Positions 9,651 to 18,683 of a stretch of DNA of 64,000 nucleotides are shown piece by piece. The notes below the pieces were generated by a model, which did not search any database, was not told where the DNA came from, and saw only the letters and a program-made list of their open reading frames with translations. The position numbers and the translations under genes are program-made. The stretch's first letter is position 1. Every line of letters begins with the position of its first letter. Source of the stretch: Candidatus Spechtbacteria bacterium (GTDB lineage: Bacteria; Patescibacteriota; Minisyncoccia; Spechtbacterales; JACPHP01); the NCBI GenBank assembly GCA_016188605.1, contig JACPHP010000001.1:1327-65326 (forward strand), written 5' to 3'.

Positions 9651-9893
9651 ATGTCATCTGTATACGTGTTAAAGAGTCTGCGGAATGGCAAGAGGTATAT
9701 TGGAAGTACCGAACTTAATCCTGAAGAAAGATTGAAGCGGCATAATTCCGGTACCAATCAATTTACAAAAAGAAATGGGCCATTTGTATTGGTCTATCGA
9801 GAACAGTGTACTGACAAAACAGCATCAAGAAAAAGAGAGAATTTTTTAAAATCAGGAGTTGGAAGAAAGTACCTAGATAGTATTCTTAGTTAG
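9651..9893 (+). CDS. GIY-YIG nuclease superfamily protein (YhbQ/UPF0213-like, 80 aa)
   Basis: VYVLKSLRNGKRYIGSTELNPEERLKRHNSG...PFVLVYREQ...RENFLKSGVGRK matches the GIY-YIG core. GGAGGG sits upstream of ATG 9651. The track ORF starts earlier at 9609 inside the upstream gene. Confidence 0.6.
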   Translation: MSSVYVLKSLRNGKRYIGSTELNPEERLKRHNSGTNQFTKRNGPFVLVYREQCTDKTASRKRENFLKSGVGRKYLDSILS

Positions 9894-9906
9894 TTAAGTG
9901 TTTTGT

Positions 9907-9979
9907 GCACCCATAGCTCAGCTGGTAGAGCAGCTCCCTTTTAAGGAGATGGTCGCAGGTCCGAATCCTGCTGGGTGCA
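9907..9979 (+). tRNA. tRNA-Lys (anticodon UUU); CCA not encoded
   Basis: Acceptor GCACCCA/TGGGTGC, D-arm GCTC-AGCTGGTA-GAGC, anticodon stem GCTCC/GGAGA with loop CTTTTAA (anticodon TTT), T-arm GCAGG-TCCGAAT-CCTGC, discriminator A. Confidence 0.85.
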
Positions 9980-10002
9980 CAAAACACTTAACTATGTAGA
10001 GC

Positions 10003-10037
10003 AGCTCCCTTTTTCCGCCAGAGGCGGATCAGCCTTT
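10003..10037 (-). mobile_element. REP-like element copy R3 inserted in the anticodon loop of a tRNA-Lys fragment
   Basis: ttttCCGCCagagGCGGatCAGCCtttGGCTGaaa. Confidence 0.7.
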
Positions 10038-10152
10038 GGCTGAAAGGAGATGGTCGCAGGTCCGAAGGATCAGCCTTTGGCTGAAAGGAGATGGTCGCAG
10101 GTCCGAATCCTGCTGGGTGCACAAAACACTTAACTATGTAGAGCAGCTCCCT

Positions 10153-10197
10153 TTTTCCGCCCCGAGGTGTCTGTCCGCCTCAGAAGGGGATCAGTCT
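10153..10197 (-). mobile_element. degenerate long-variant REP-like element copy R5 in the second tRNA-Lys fragment
   Basis: ttttccgccccgaggtgtctgtccgcctcagaaggggatcagtct. Compare the long variant at 21367..21418. Confidence 0.5.
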
Positions 10198-10209
10198 AAA
10201 AGAAAAAAT

Positions 10210-10782
10210 ATGACCAAAAGAGTTTTTATAGTTCACGGCTGGGGTGGGCATCCTGAAGAAGGTTGGTTCCCTTGGCTGAAGCACGAGCTAGAAGCAAATG
10301 GTTTTGAAGCTATCGTTCCTCAGTTACCAGACGCCGACAATCCGCGCATTTACAATTGGGTGCCAAAGCTTGCCGAGATAGTCGGGGTTGCCGATGAAAA
10401 TACCTATTTTGTAGGTCACAGTATGGGTTGCCAAACCATCGCTCGCTATCTTGAAACTTTGCCCGAAGGAGTAAGGGTTGGAGGAGCGGTTTTTGTCGCG
10501 GGATTCTTTAAGCGGCTAAGCGGACTTGAGAACGACACAAACGCGAGAGTAACGGAGAGGCATTGGCTTGAGACGCCCGTTGACTTTGAAAAGATAGCGT
10601 CACACCTATCAAAAAGCATAGCTATATTTTCTGATGATGATCCTTATGTGCCGTTAGATAATCAAAATGACTTTCGCGATAAACTAGGTTCTGAAATTAT
10701 CATTCAACATAAAATGAGGCATTTTAGCGACGGGTTAACACGGCTGCCAATTGTATTGCAATCTGTGTTAAAACTTGCTTAA
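10210..10782 (+). CDS. alpha/beta hydrolase, YdeN/RBBP9-like serine hydrolase
   Basis: GHSMG nucleophile elbow. Start taken at ATG 10210 (MTKRVFIVHGWGG). The track start at 10036 lies inside the tRNA fragments. Confidence 0.7.
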   Translation: MTKRVFIVHGWGGHPEEGWFPWLKHELEANGFEAIVPQLPDADNPRIYNWVPKLAEIVGVADENTYFVGHSMGCQTIARYLETLPEGVRVGGAVFVAGFFKRLSGLENDTNARVTERHWLETPVDFEKIASHLSKSIAIFSDDDPYVPLDNQNDFRDKLGSEIIIQHKMRHFSDGLTRLPIVLQSVLKLA

Positions 10783-10811
10783 CTCAAATAAAAAAATGGT
10801 ATAATTAGTTT

Positions 10812-11783
10812 ATGAATACACCAATCACAAACACACCGAAAGATGTATTTTTGCATCTTTTGCATATCAGCATGCTCTACGTGAGCGTGGTAAGTTTTAT
10901 AACTTTATTCTTTCAGTATATTAATTATATGTTTCCTGATCAGTTGAATTTTTATCTGATGGGAATATTGGATTCTATACATCTTTCCAGCGCTTCACTG
11001 GCAATCTCTTTTCCCGTGTACTTACTTAGCACGTGGATGATAGAAAAAGATTTTATGTCCTTTCCAGAAAAGCGTGAATTTGCTATTCGCAAATGGTTAG
11101 TTAACCTAACACTCTTTATTGCCTCAATTACGATTATAGTTGACCTGATCACGCTCATCTATACATATTTTAACGGTGAACTGACGATGAGGTTTTTTCT
11201 GAAAGTAGCGCTCGTTCTAGCAATTGCCGCGGTTGTCTTTGGATATTATATTTGGGACATGCGAATAAAAGACGAGATAAAAACCGTTCGCATGCAGATA
11301 AAACTTGGCGCCGTGTCGCTTCTAGTAGTGCTGGCGACAATCGCGTATGGTTTTATTTTGGTGGGCAGCCCAGAGCAGCAGCGTGCCAGGCGCTTTGACG
11401 ATCAGCGCGTGCAAGATTTACAGGGTATTCAAAATGAGATAGTGAATTATTGGCAACAAAAAGAAGTCTTGCCGCAAAGCTTAGATGCGCTTACAAATAG
11501 CATTTCTGGTTATAGCGCGCCAAAAGATCCTCGGACTAACGAGTTGTACGAATACGCAGTCTCTGGCGCGCTTACGTTTCAACTCTGCTCTAACTTTGAA
11601 GCCTCTACTGCGGGGCAGTCGGATCAGCGCATATATAAGCATGGTCCATACGGTCAAAATTGGAATCACGCAGTCGGCCGCGTCTGTTTTCCAAAAGAGA
11701 TTGATCCGGAACTTTATAAAACTGCAAAGCGAGGAGAAATGTTGCCTATAGATTATGTTCGGCCACCGGCAGTTGCGCAGTAA
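10812..11783 (+). CDS. hypothetical membrane protein (N-terminal 4-5 TM, C-terminal soluble domain)
   Basis: 323 aa ORF. No confident family. Confidence 0.5.
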   Translation: MNTPITNTPKDVFLHLLHISMLYVSVVSFITLFFQYINYMFPDQLNFYLMGILDSIHLSSASLAISFPVYLLSTWMIEKDFMSFPEKREFAIRKWLVNLTLFIASITIIVDLITLIYTYFNGELTMRFFLKVALVLAIAAVVFGYYIWDMRIKDEIKTVRMQIKLGAVSLLVVLATIAYGFILVGSPEQQRARRFDDQRVQDLQGIQNEIVNYWQQKEVLPQSLDALTNSISGYSAPKDPRTNELYEYAVSGALTFQLCSNFEASTAGQSDQRIYKHGPYGQNWNHAVGRVCFPKEIDPELYKTAKRGEMLPIDYVRPPAVAQ

Positions 11784-11787
11784 CATT

Positions 11788-12129
11788 ATGAAATTCGTTA
11801 TTCCAAACACACGCCTAAGTATCGCGAACGCGTTGCGTATGTGTGGCTATCATTTTGAGCGAGAGCACGAAAAAAGCAACGAAGTGAGCGCCGCGCGTAA
11901 TATGGGCGCTGGAGATTTTCCGCGTTTTCATGTTTATGCCACCTTGCAGAAATCATCGGAACCCGACCCATATGGTCGCAAGCAAGATTTGAATATGAAT
12001 TTGCATTTAGACCAGAAAGGAGCAAGTTATAATGGTGCAAGTGCTCACAGCGGTGAATACGAAGGTCCGCTTGTAGAGCAGGAGGCAGCGAGGATTAAAA
12101 AAGTTTTGGCAGATAGCCAAGCGCAATAA
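11788..12129 (+). CDS. hypothetical protein (113 aa from MKFVIPNTR)
   Basis: ORF continuity. The earlier in-frame start 11755 overlaps the upstream gene. Confidence 0.4.
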   Translation: MKFVIPNTRLSIANALRMCGYHFEREHEKSNEVSAARNMGAGDFPRFHVYATLQKSSEPDPYGRKQDLNMNLHLDQKGASYNGASAHSGEYEGPLVEQEAARIKKVLADSQAQ

Positions 12130-12212
12130 GTGGGATATAATCGTGGAAAGGGGTTACTATGCAGCTTCTTGTTAAAAACGGTGTTTTGTTTTATTATCTT
12201 AAATCCAAGAAT

Positions 12213-12842
12213 ATGCCGAGAAAGGAGGCCGACGTGGCTTATAAGCCGGAGATTGAGCGTAAGTTCCTAGTGCGTTCTTTTCCAATTGAAGTATTGCGAG
12301 GACGAGAATGTTACTGGATCCAGCAGGCGTATCCAAGATTTAAGCGTGGAATTAGAGTAAGGGAGAAATTGCGTAATCCCTACATACAACCCCCCGCATC
12401 TATTAGTTCTGTGCCAGATGGGCCAACTATAATAAGCGAGGAGTGGCAGGGAACTATTACTATGAAGGCGCGCGCTAATAACAATGATTGGCGTACGCAA
12501 ATTGAATGCGAAAGCCCTATTGATCTTGAATTTGTTCGGGAATTTAGCAAAGGCGCTCCGGGCGTGCGCAAGGCGCGCTATGTTATTGGGCGTTTTGAAT
12601 TGGACATTTACACCAGTCCACAATTGCGTGGGCTTGTGGTTATGGAAATAGAGCTTAAAAATGCAGCCGAGCAAGTTTATATTCCCGATGGCTTTGACGT
12701 AGTTGAGGTAACAGAGGACCAACGATTTCGCAGCGCGAGCCTCGCTAGATTAAAAACCAGGAAAGCGATGTTGGAATTATTGCGAAAATACGGAATTGCG
12801 TTGAAGGAGGATGGCCAGAATGACAGGGCAAATAACCGTTAA
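12213..12842 (+). CDS. CYTH (triphosphate tunnel metalloenzyme) domain protein
   Basis: Signature EIERKFLV (ExExK) near the N-terminus. Start taken at ATG 12213 (MPRKEADVAYKPEIERKFLV). Confidence 0.7.
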   Translation: MPRKEADVAYKPEIERKFLVRSFPIEVLRGRECYWIQQAYPRFKRGIRVREKLRNPYIQPPASISSVPDGPTIISEEWQGTITMKARANNNDWRTQIECESPIDLEFVREFSKGAPGVRKARYVIGRFELDIYTSPQLRGLVVMEIELKNAAEQVYIPDGFDVVEVTEDQRFRSASLARLKTRKAMLELLRKYGIALKEDGQNDRANNR

Positions 12843-14034
12843 CGGTTTGAATGAAGGCATTGCGCGTATAAGCCAGTCTATCGGTAATTATGCAATACAA
12901 AAAACAAATCCTCTTATTGTGGGCATTGCCGGCGCTTCGGGTTCCGGAAAAACCGTATTAAGCAAACTTTTGCAACAGGCATGGCCTGGTTCTGCCATAC
13001 TTGCAGCCGATGACTATTTCTACGGCAAAAGGTATATGCGCAAGCATAATCTAGTTAGTTTTGACGATCCAAACTGTGTCAACTTGCAACTAATAGCAGA
13101 GCATCTAGCATCTCTCAAGAGAGGAGAGGCTATACAAAAATCAATCTATTCTTTTAATACGGGTGAGCCGGAAGATGATTTGGTATCTTTTGCTTGCGCC
13201 CCGATAATTTTCGTAGAAGGTATATTTGTCCTCATGGAACCAACACGGAGCATGCTTGACTTGACGGTTTTTGTTGAAGCGGGAGTACACGGGACGTTTT
13301 GGCGGCGCATTGTGCGCGATATTGAGCGAACTCGTCAAAGTCCCCTCGATATCGCCGGTGTGTTTATTAATAACGTTTATCCTGCATATAAAAAATTTAT
13401 TCTTCCGACGCGAGAGTGTGCGCAGATAATTGTAATAAATGACATGTTTCCGGGTGAAATGCAAAAAATCTTAAGCATGCAATACCAATTAAGGGGGTGT
13501 ATAGCATCTCCCTATGATGCGGGGGAGTACAATAGGATTCTCGGTATTCTTGCCGCCGCAGGATTTAAGAGTGAGAAAAAAGTTCTTCAGCATGATAAAT
13601 GGCTGGTTCCCCCGAGCAACTACGATATATCTGACGAGGAATTGATACGCGTTCGCGCTGAGTATTTGCAGCTAGACACAGCACATCAACACCTTACTCT
13701 TACATACAAAACTCCGGCCGACTCTTCCCCAAGAGGGGTATTGGAATTTTCCATTACTTCCGAAATCATAGATGGTTTAATCGCTCTGGGATACAGAAGC
13801 GGAAGAAGAAGGCTTAAAAAAGAAAGGGTTATGTATCATAAAAAAGGTATAAATAATTATGAGATAGCGCTTGATTCTTTTATTACGAACGACGATATTG
13901 TGCATTTATGGCTTGAAGTTCGTGGTGATACAATTGACGATTTGCATCAATGCCTTAAATTGTTAAGTAATTTAGGAGTGCAACAAAGTAAATTCGTCGC
14001 TACTTCTTATAGAAGTATAATCGCGTTAATTTAA
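12811..14034 (+). CDS. uridine kinase / phosphoribulokinase-family P-loop kinase with an about 190-aa C-terminal extension
   Basis: Walker A GIAGASGSGKT and DDYFY/udk-like core. Overlaps the CYTH gene by 32 nt. Confidence 0.75.
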   Translation: MARMTGQITVNGLNEGIARISQSIGNYAIQKTNPLIVGIAGASGSGKTVLSKLLQQAWPGSAILAADDYFYGKRYMRKHNLVSFDDPNCVNLQLIAEHLASLKRGEAIQKSIYSFNTGEPEDDLVSFACAPIIFVEGIFVLMEPTRSMLDLTVFVEAGVHGTFWRRIVRDIERTRQSPLDIAGVFINNVYPAYKKFILPTRECAQIIVINDMFPGEMQKILSMQYQLRGCIASPYDAGEYNRILGILAAAGFKSEKKVLQHDKWLVPPSNYDISDEELIRVRAEYLQLDTAHQHLTLTYKTPADSSPRGVLEFSITSEIIDGLIALGYRSGRRRLKKERVMYHKKGINNYEIALDSFITNDDIVHLWLEVRGDTIDDLHQCLKLLSNLGVQQSKFVATSYRSIIALI

Positions 14035-14046
14035 TTTCTTAAAGAA

Positions 14047-14076
14047 AAAAAGCGTCCCGCAAGGCAGGACGCTTTT
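14047..14076. terminator. intrinsic terminator hairpin (gcgtcc...ggacgc) flanked by A-tract and T-tract
   Basis: aaaaaaagcgtcccgcaaggcaggacgctttta between convergent genes. Confidence 0.7.
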
Positions 14077-14103
14077 ATAGTATCTCTAACTAATCTATTC
14101 GGC

Positions 14104-14133
14104 AAAAAAGGGCTACCGGGTAGCCCCTTTTTG
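14104..14133. terminator. intrinsic bidirectional terminator (gggcta-ccgg-tagccc, A-tract/T-tract)
   Basis: aaaaaagggctaccgggtagcccctttttgcc downstream of fmt on the minus strand. Confidence 0.7.
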
Positions 14134-14176
14134 CCACTGCGAGCAGTTTACCCTGCTTGCCCCTAATAGAATGTTA

Positions 14177-15139
14177 TTACTTTAGTATTGCTCCAATTAT
14201 CTGCGAATGTCCTCGGAGGAATTCTTGCGCGCTCTGTTCTTTTTTTCCTTCGTACTGAACTAGAACAGGAATTAAAATATTAGCGCCTGCTTGTATCGCT
14301 AAAGTATTTTCAAAAGCAATAACTTTTCCCGGCTCTAAATTTTCTTGTTGTGAGTTTGCGACGCGCGCGGAATGAATAATAATTCGCTTGCCATCCCAAA
14401 GCGTAAAAGTACCGGGCCAGGGAGTATATGCGCGAACCATTCGTTCAATTTCTTCCGCGGATTTATTCCAATCAATACGCGCGTTTTCTTTGGAAACGGG
14501 TTTGCAAAATACAGCCTTTTCGTGATCCTGTTCTATCGGAGTAATTCTGCCCTCAAGCCATTCTGGGATAGTTTCAAGCAATAATTCCGCGCTAAAGTTC
14601 GCAAGCTCCATAGATAGGCTCTCTGTGGTTGCGTCGACCGCTATAGGCCATTTTTTTTGCGCAAGAACAGGTCCGTGATCCATCCGCGCGTCCATCAGTA
14701 TTATAGAGGCACCTGTTTCTTTATCTCCGGCAAGAATCGCGCTTTGAATGGGGGAGGCGCCTCGCCATCGCGGCAGAAGCGATGGATGTACGTTTAGCGT
14801 GCCATACTTAGGAATTTTTAAAATTTCTTTCGGTAAAATTTTTCCGTACGCGGCGACAATGAATAAATCAGCCCGCGCAGGAAGGACCGACCCTCCGCGG
14901 AGGGTCGGTCCTTCCTGCAACTCCTTGCGCGTTGCGGGTTGAAAAACAGGGATGCTCAATTTTTCCGCATACAACTTTACCGGCGGCGGGTTGAGTATCT
15001 GTTTTCGTCCAGCAGGCATGTCGGGTGTCGTCACAATGAAAGCAGGCTTGTATGGTGATGCATCAAGGCGCTCCAAAACAATTGCCGCGAATTCCGGTGT
15101 GCCGAAGAATACAATAGATAAATTAGTATTATTTTTCAT
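14177..15139 (-). CDS. fmt: methionyl-tRNA formyltransferase
   Basis: IVFFGTPEFA N-terminal motif and formyltransferase core. Start taken at the second Met (MKNNTNLSIVFFGTPEFAA), so the overlap with def is only 11 nt. Confidence 0.85.
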   Translation of the reverse strand: MKNNTNLSIVFFGTPEFAAIVLERLDASPYKPAFIVTTPDMPAGRKQILNPPPVKLYAEKLSIPVFQPATRKELQEGPTLRGGSVLPARADLFIVAAYGKILPKEILKIPKYGTLNVHPSLLPRWRGASPIQSAILAGDKETGASIILMDARMDHGPVLAQKKWPIAVDATTESLSMELANFSAELLLETIPEWLEGRITPIEQDHEKAVFCKPVSKENARIDWNKSAEEIERMVRAYTPWPGTFTLWDGKRIIIHSARVANSQQENLEPGKVIAFENTLAIQAGANILIPVLVQYEGKKEQSAQEFLRGHSQIIGAILK

Positions 15140-15626
15140 GTAAGCGATCAATAAACAGCGTCCCATTTAAGTGATCGGTCTCATGCTGAAATATGCGAGC
15201 TAGAAGCCCCTCCACGGTAACGCGAAACCTCTGGCCTTTTTCGTTTTGCGCTTCAATAGTCACTCGACCGGAACGCGGCAGAGGATGGAAAATGCCGCGA
15301 ACGCTAAGGCACCCCTCTTCCTCAATCTCTTTTTTAGAAGAATAGTCTGATAGTTTTGGATTAAAGAAAATAGTTGCGCGGAATGGCTTGAATAAAGATG
15401 AGGGTATGCACAGAGAACGAACCATGGGCGCTACTTCTTTTGGTATTACAAATATTGTCAAACTTTCGTTAATTTGCGGCGCGGCCAGCCCAAGGCCTTC
15501 TTGCTGGATAAGCGTATCTTCCATGTCTTTCAGCAGAACTTTTAATTTGGGATCGTTAAAATTAGACACGAGCTGTGCCTTTTGTCGTAATGTAGGATGT
15601 GGTTCCTGGATTACGGGACGGATCAT
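15129..15626 (-). CDS. def: peptide deformylase
   Basis: Motifs G-x-G-L-A-A-x-Q, EGCLS and QHETDHLNG. Confidence 0.9.
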   Translation of the reverse strand: MIRPVIQEPHPTLRQKAQLVSNFNDPKLKVLLKDMEDTLIQQEGLGLAAPQINESLTIFVIPKEVAPMVRSLCIPSSLFKPFRATIFFNPKLSDYSSKKEIEEEGCLSVRGIFHPLPRSGRVTIEAQNEKGQRFRVTVEGLLARIFQHETDHLNGTLFIDRLHEK

Positions 15627-15630
15627 AACT

Positions 15631-15795
15631 AAAATTTTGAATTTTTAATTTCGAATTTTGAATAAATTTTGAATGACTGAAATTAGAAGAATTATCATCT
15701 TTATCATCAAAAAGTTATATATTAGCGCTAGATAGCACGTGTTTCAAAATTAAATAATTCTAATTTTATTCAAAATTCAAAATTCTAAATTAAAT
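15631..15795. repeat. palindromic heptamer array (ttttgaa / ttcaaaa arms)
   Basis: aaaattttgaatttttaatttcgaattttgaataaattttgaat ... attcaaaattcaaaattctaaatt. Confidence 0.65.
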
Positions 15796-17749
15796 CTATC
15801 GGATCTACGTCAATGTCCCAACCTTTTGGCAAAATGTCAAGCAGGCGGTTGCGCGCTTCTATCTCCACAGGATCTCCAAGCCGCGCGACAGGCCATTTTA
15901 CTATAATATACCACAAGAACCAGTTATTAACTTTAGGAACGAATGCGGGCGAAGGACCTAGCAGTTGAACTGCTGGCATCACCGAAGGATAATCTTTGGC
16001 TAGATATTTAATTTGCGTCTCCAGGCGTTTTTTTGTTGTAAGCACATCTTGTTGAGCGCGATTACTATCCTTATGTTCGTACGCTAGACGTATTATTTGG
16101 GAAAAAGGAGGCCATTTTAGCATCTTGCGCAAGGGGATTTCCTGCCGCGCAAATTCATTCCATTTGTTTTGCATCGCAAGCTGTAGCACCGGCGCTTCAG
16201 GGTGGTATGTCTGCACAGCATATTCTTTTGCGCACATAGCGCGTAATTTTTGCACAATATCAAACACGCGTTCGCCCATGCGATAATCAGGAAGGCTCAA
16301 AAGAGGATCTATGGAAATAATGGCGGAATACGCAACAGGCGAATAGGCGAGCGGCTTTAGCGAGAAGTGTGTACCGATTAGCACGTCATATTTTCCCTCA
16401 TTGAAATCCTTGATAATTTCTCGCTGGGCTTCAAAGGTTTGGGCGGCGTCAGAGTCGATCCTGCACACCTTTAATTCTGGAAAAAGAATTTCTATTTCTT
16501 CTTGAACTTTTTGTGTTCCTCCGCCCATATATTTTATGCGGTCGCTTTGGCATTTGGGGCAGACTGTTGGAGGGGTATCGCGCTTGCCGCATCTGTGGCA
16601 GACAAGCCTTCGACACGGCTCAGGCCAGGGCATATGAATGTTATTAGAGCGATGATAAACCATTGGCACGGAGCATTCGGTGCAGAAAATTATATGCCCG
16701 CAGTCACGGCACAAAAGCCCCGAAGCAAATCCTTTGCGATGAATAAAAAGGGTAACCCGACCACCCTTTTTATTCGCGTCAGCGAGCCAGTTTTGAACTT
16801 GCTTGCTAAGTATTGAGAAATTCTTTTCTTTCAGCTCGTTTCTCATATCAATAAGAAGCGGCTTTGGTGAAAGTCTTGGTGTGGTCGAAGATATGTTCCA
16901 ATTTCTCACCAGAGCTGTGTGCTGTATTTCAATGGTGGGACACTCAGATCCTAAGGTTAAACTAATTCCAAAATGATCATGCAGCCATAACATAGCGCGG
17001 ACACTGTTTGTATGCGGGTTTTGATCCCACGAAGTATGAGAGGGGTCTTGAGGATTTTCTATTAGTGCTTGGGAAAGATCTGCAAAAGGCATCAAAGATG
17101 CAAGTCTAGTGCCAGCTAATTTTAATGATTCACCTCGCCGGGCGCGGAGCCATAGATCTCTTTGTTTTGTTGCTCCAAGGCCGCTGTACAATACCTCCAG
17201 TTTGTCCAACTGCTTTGCTAGCGCAGACAGAGTAACAAGATCCGGCATTAAAAAAAGAGCTTGTCCCCTCCTACCGCTAGCTAGAATTTTTTTATACTCG
17301 TTGACTCGCCCCGCGCCTAAAATCAGCATACCGTGGAGCTTGCCCTGAGTGGAATCGGAGGGTTTCTTTCTATATTTTATTTTGTTGGGCAAATCTAATG
17401 CAAGCGATGGCTTCTTCAGTATTGAGCTTGGGATCATGCGTTTTATTACCGTGCCAAGCGAGGCGTAGTAATAGTCGGATAACCAACGGGCAAATTGCAG
17501 ATATTCTTCAGGCAAAATGTGTTGAGAAACAATCGAAAAAATTGATTTTAGCGGAAAGGGAGAGTTTTTTATCTCCATGCGCGCGTCTTGTACATCGCGG
17601 CAGGCAAATACGATGCCGAGCGTTTTGCGTCTATTTAGCGGCACTTCAACAAGCTGACCAACGGAGACGGAGTTGCGCGAAAAATAGTCCAGAATCTGGC
17701 TCGCGGGACGAGGTATTGAATTAAGTGGAGCAATTGAAACGATAAACAT
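15785..17749 (-). CDS. priA: primosomal protein N' (PriA) with degenerate helicase motifs I and II
   Basis: N-terminal 3'-DNA-binding-like region. C-terminal CxxC x4 zinc-binding region (CRDCGH..CTEC..CHRCG..CPKC) and helicase C domain. Walker A position reads LILGAGRVNEY instead of G-x-G-K-T-E-V-Y. Confidence 0.8.
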   Translation of the reverse strand: MFIVSIAPLNSIPRPASQILDYFSRNSVSVGQLVEVPLNRRKTLGIVFACRDVQDARMEIKNSPFPLKSIFSIVSQHILPEEYLQFARWLSDYYYASLGTVIKRMIPSSILKKPSLALDLPNKIKYRKKPSDSTQGKLHGMLILGAGRVNEYKKILASGRRGQALFLMPDLVTLSALAKQLDKLEVLYSGLGATKQRDLWLRARRGESLKLAGTRLASLMPFADLSQALIENPQDPSHTSWDQNPHTNSVRAMLWLHDHFGISLTLGSECPTIEIQHTALVRNWNISSTTPRLSPKPLLIDMRNELKEKNFSILSKQVQNWLADANKKGGRVTLFIHRKGFASGLLCRDCGHIIFCTECSVPMVYHRSNNIHMPWPEPCRRLVCHRCGKRDTPPTVCPKCQSDRIKYMGGGTQKVQEEIEILFPELKVCRIDSDAAQTFEAQREIIKDFNEGKYDVLIGTHFSLKPLAYSPVAYSAIISIDPLLSLPDYRMGERVFDIVQKLRAMCAKEYAVQTYHPEAPVLQLAMQNKWNEFARQEIPLRKMLKWPPFSQIIRLAYEHKDSNRAQQDVLTTKKRLETQIKYLAKDYPSVMPAVQLLGPSPAFVPKVNNWFLWYIIVKWPVARLGDPVEIEARNRLLDILPKGWDIDVDPIDLI

Positions 17750-17767
17750 GGTATAATGAATATAATG

Positions 17768-17890
17768 ACAAATTTCAAATACTAAATATCAAATCAATGT
17801 CAAAAACTTAATGCCAAAAACTATATTGTAGTTTTAAGTTTTTGTCCTTCGGCATTCATTTAACATTTGAAATTTGGATTTTGAAATTTA
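17768..17890. repeat. palindromic heptamer array (caaat / atttg units)
   Basis: aaatttcaaatactaaatatcaaatcaatgtcaaaaac ... catttaacatttgaaatttggattttgaaattt. Confidence 0.6.
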
Positions 17891-17895
17891 TTTTT

Positions 17896-18606
17896 ATGTC
17901 TAGCAAAGCAGTCAATATTTTAGGCGTGCGCGTAGACAATCTCTCCCTTAGCGAGGCTCTCTTACGCGCTGAGGATTTGCTTGAAAGTGGTGGCGCTCAT
18001 TACATTGTAACACCCAACCCGGAAATTGTTCTGCGGGCTTATCGCGACTCTAGACTACGCGAAATTCTCAACAATGCTTCAATGTCGCTGTGCGATGGAA
18101 TGGGTGTTTTTCTTGCGGGAATGTTAAATGGCAAAAGATTTACGCAGCGTATTACGGGAGTGGATTTTATGGACGCGCTTTGCCACAGGGCGGCGGAAAA
18201 AAAGTGGCGAGTTGCATTTGTCGGCGCTTCTAGCGATGTGAGAGAAAACCTTTGCGCGCATTATCAACAAATGCACCCCGCTAGTTTTTTTCAATCACTC
18301 GCAGATGAGATGATGAACAAACCAGTTGATGCCGATATCATATTTGTAGCGCTTGGCGCGCCGAAACAAGAAGAATGGATGGTGGTCAGACAGAAATCTT
18401 TTGATGCGCGTGGAGTAATGGTAGGTGTCGGCGGCGCATTTGATATATTAGCAGGTTCACTGCCAAGAGCGCCACAGAGCATGCGTTCGCTCGGACTCGA
18501 ATGGTTGTGGCGGATTTTCCTTCAGCCTTGGCGCATTAAGCGCGTAGTAAATGCGGTTATTGTTTTTCCGATTGTGTACAGTATAAATATTTTGAAAAAT
18601 CTGTGA
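17896..18606 (+). CDS. WecB/TagA/CpsF-family glycosyltransferase
   Basis: Family-typical NILGVRVD...YIVTPNPE...DGMGV N-terminus. Start taken at ATG 17896 (MSSKAVNILGV). Confidence 0.8.
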   Translation: MSSKAVNILGVRVDNLSLSEALLRAEDLLESGGAHYIVTPNPEIVLRAYRDSRLREILNNASMSLCDGMGVFLAGMLNGKRFTQRITGVDFMDALCHRAAEKKWRVAFVGASSDVRENLCAHYQQMHPASFFQSLADEMMNKPVDADIIFVALGAPKQEEWMVVRQKSFDARGVMVGVGGAFDILAGSLPRAPQSMRSLGLEWLWRIFLQPWRIKRVVNAVIVFPIVYSINILKNL

Positions 18607-18683
18607 TATAATGAAAGGGTATTTTAAAATTTATTACCCGCTAATATTCGAAGTCGTCGAATGAACGCGGGACGACAAACAAT

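Larger units (their letters stand above)
9980..10200 (+). pseudogene. two tandem partial copies of the tRNA-Lys 3' portion (from D-arm GTAGAGCAGCTCCCTTTT onward), each interrupted at the anticodon loop by a REP-like twin-hairpin element
   Basis: caaaacacttaactatgtagagcagctcccttttt + [ccgccagaggcggatcagcctttggctga] + aaggagatggtcgcaggtccgaa + [ggatcagcctttggctga] + aaggagatggtcgcaggtccgaatcctgctgggtgcacaaaac. This is then repeated with a degenerate element (10153..10197). Confidence 0.65.
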
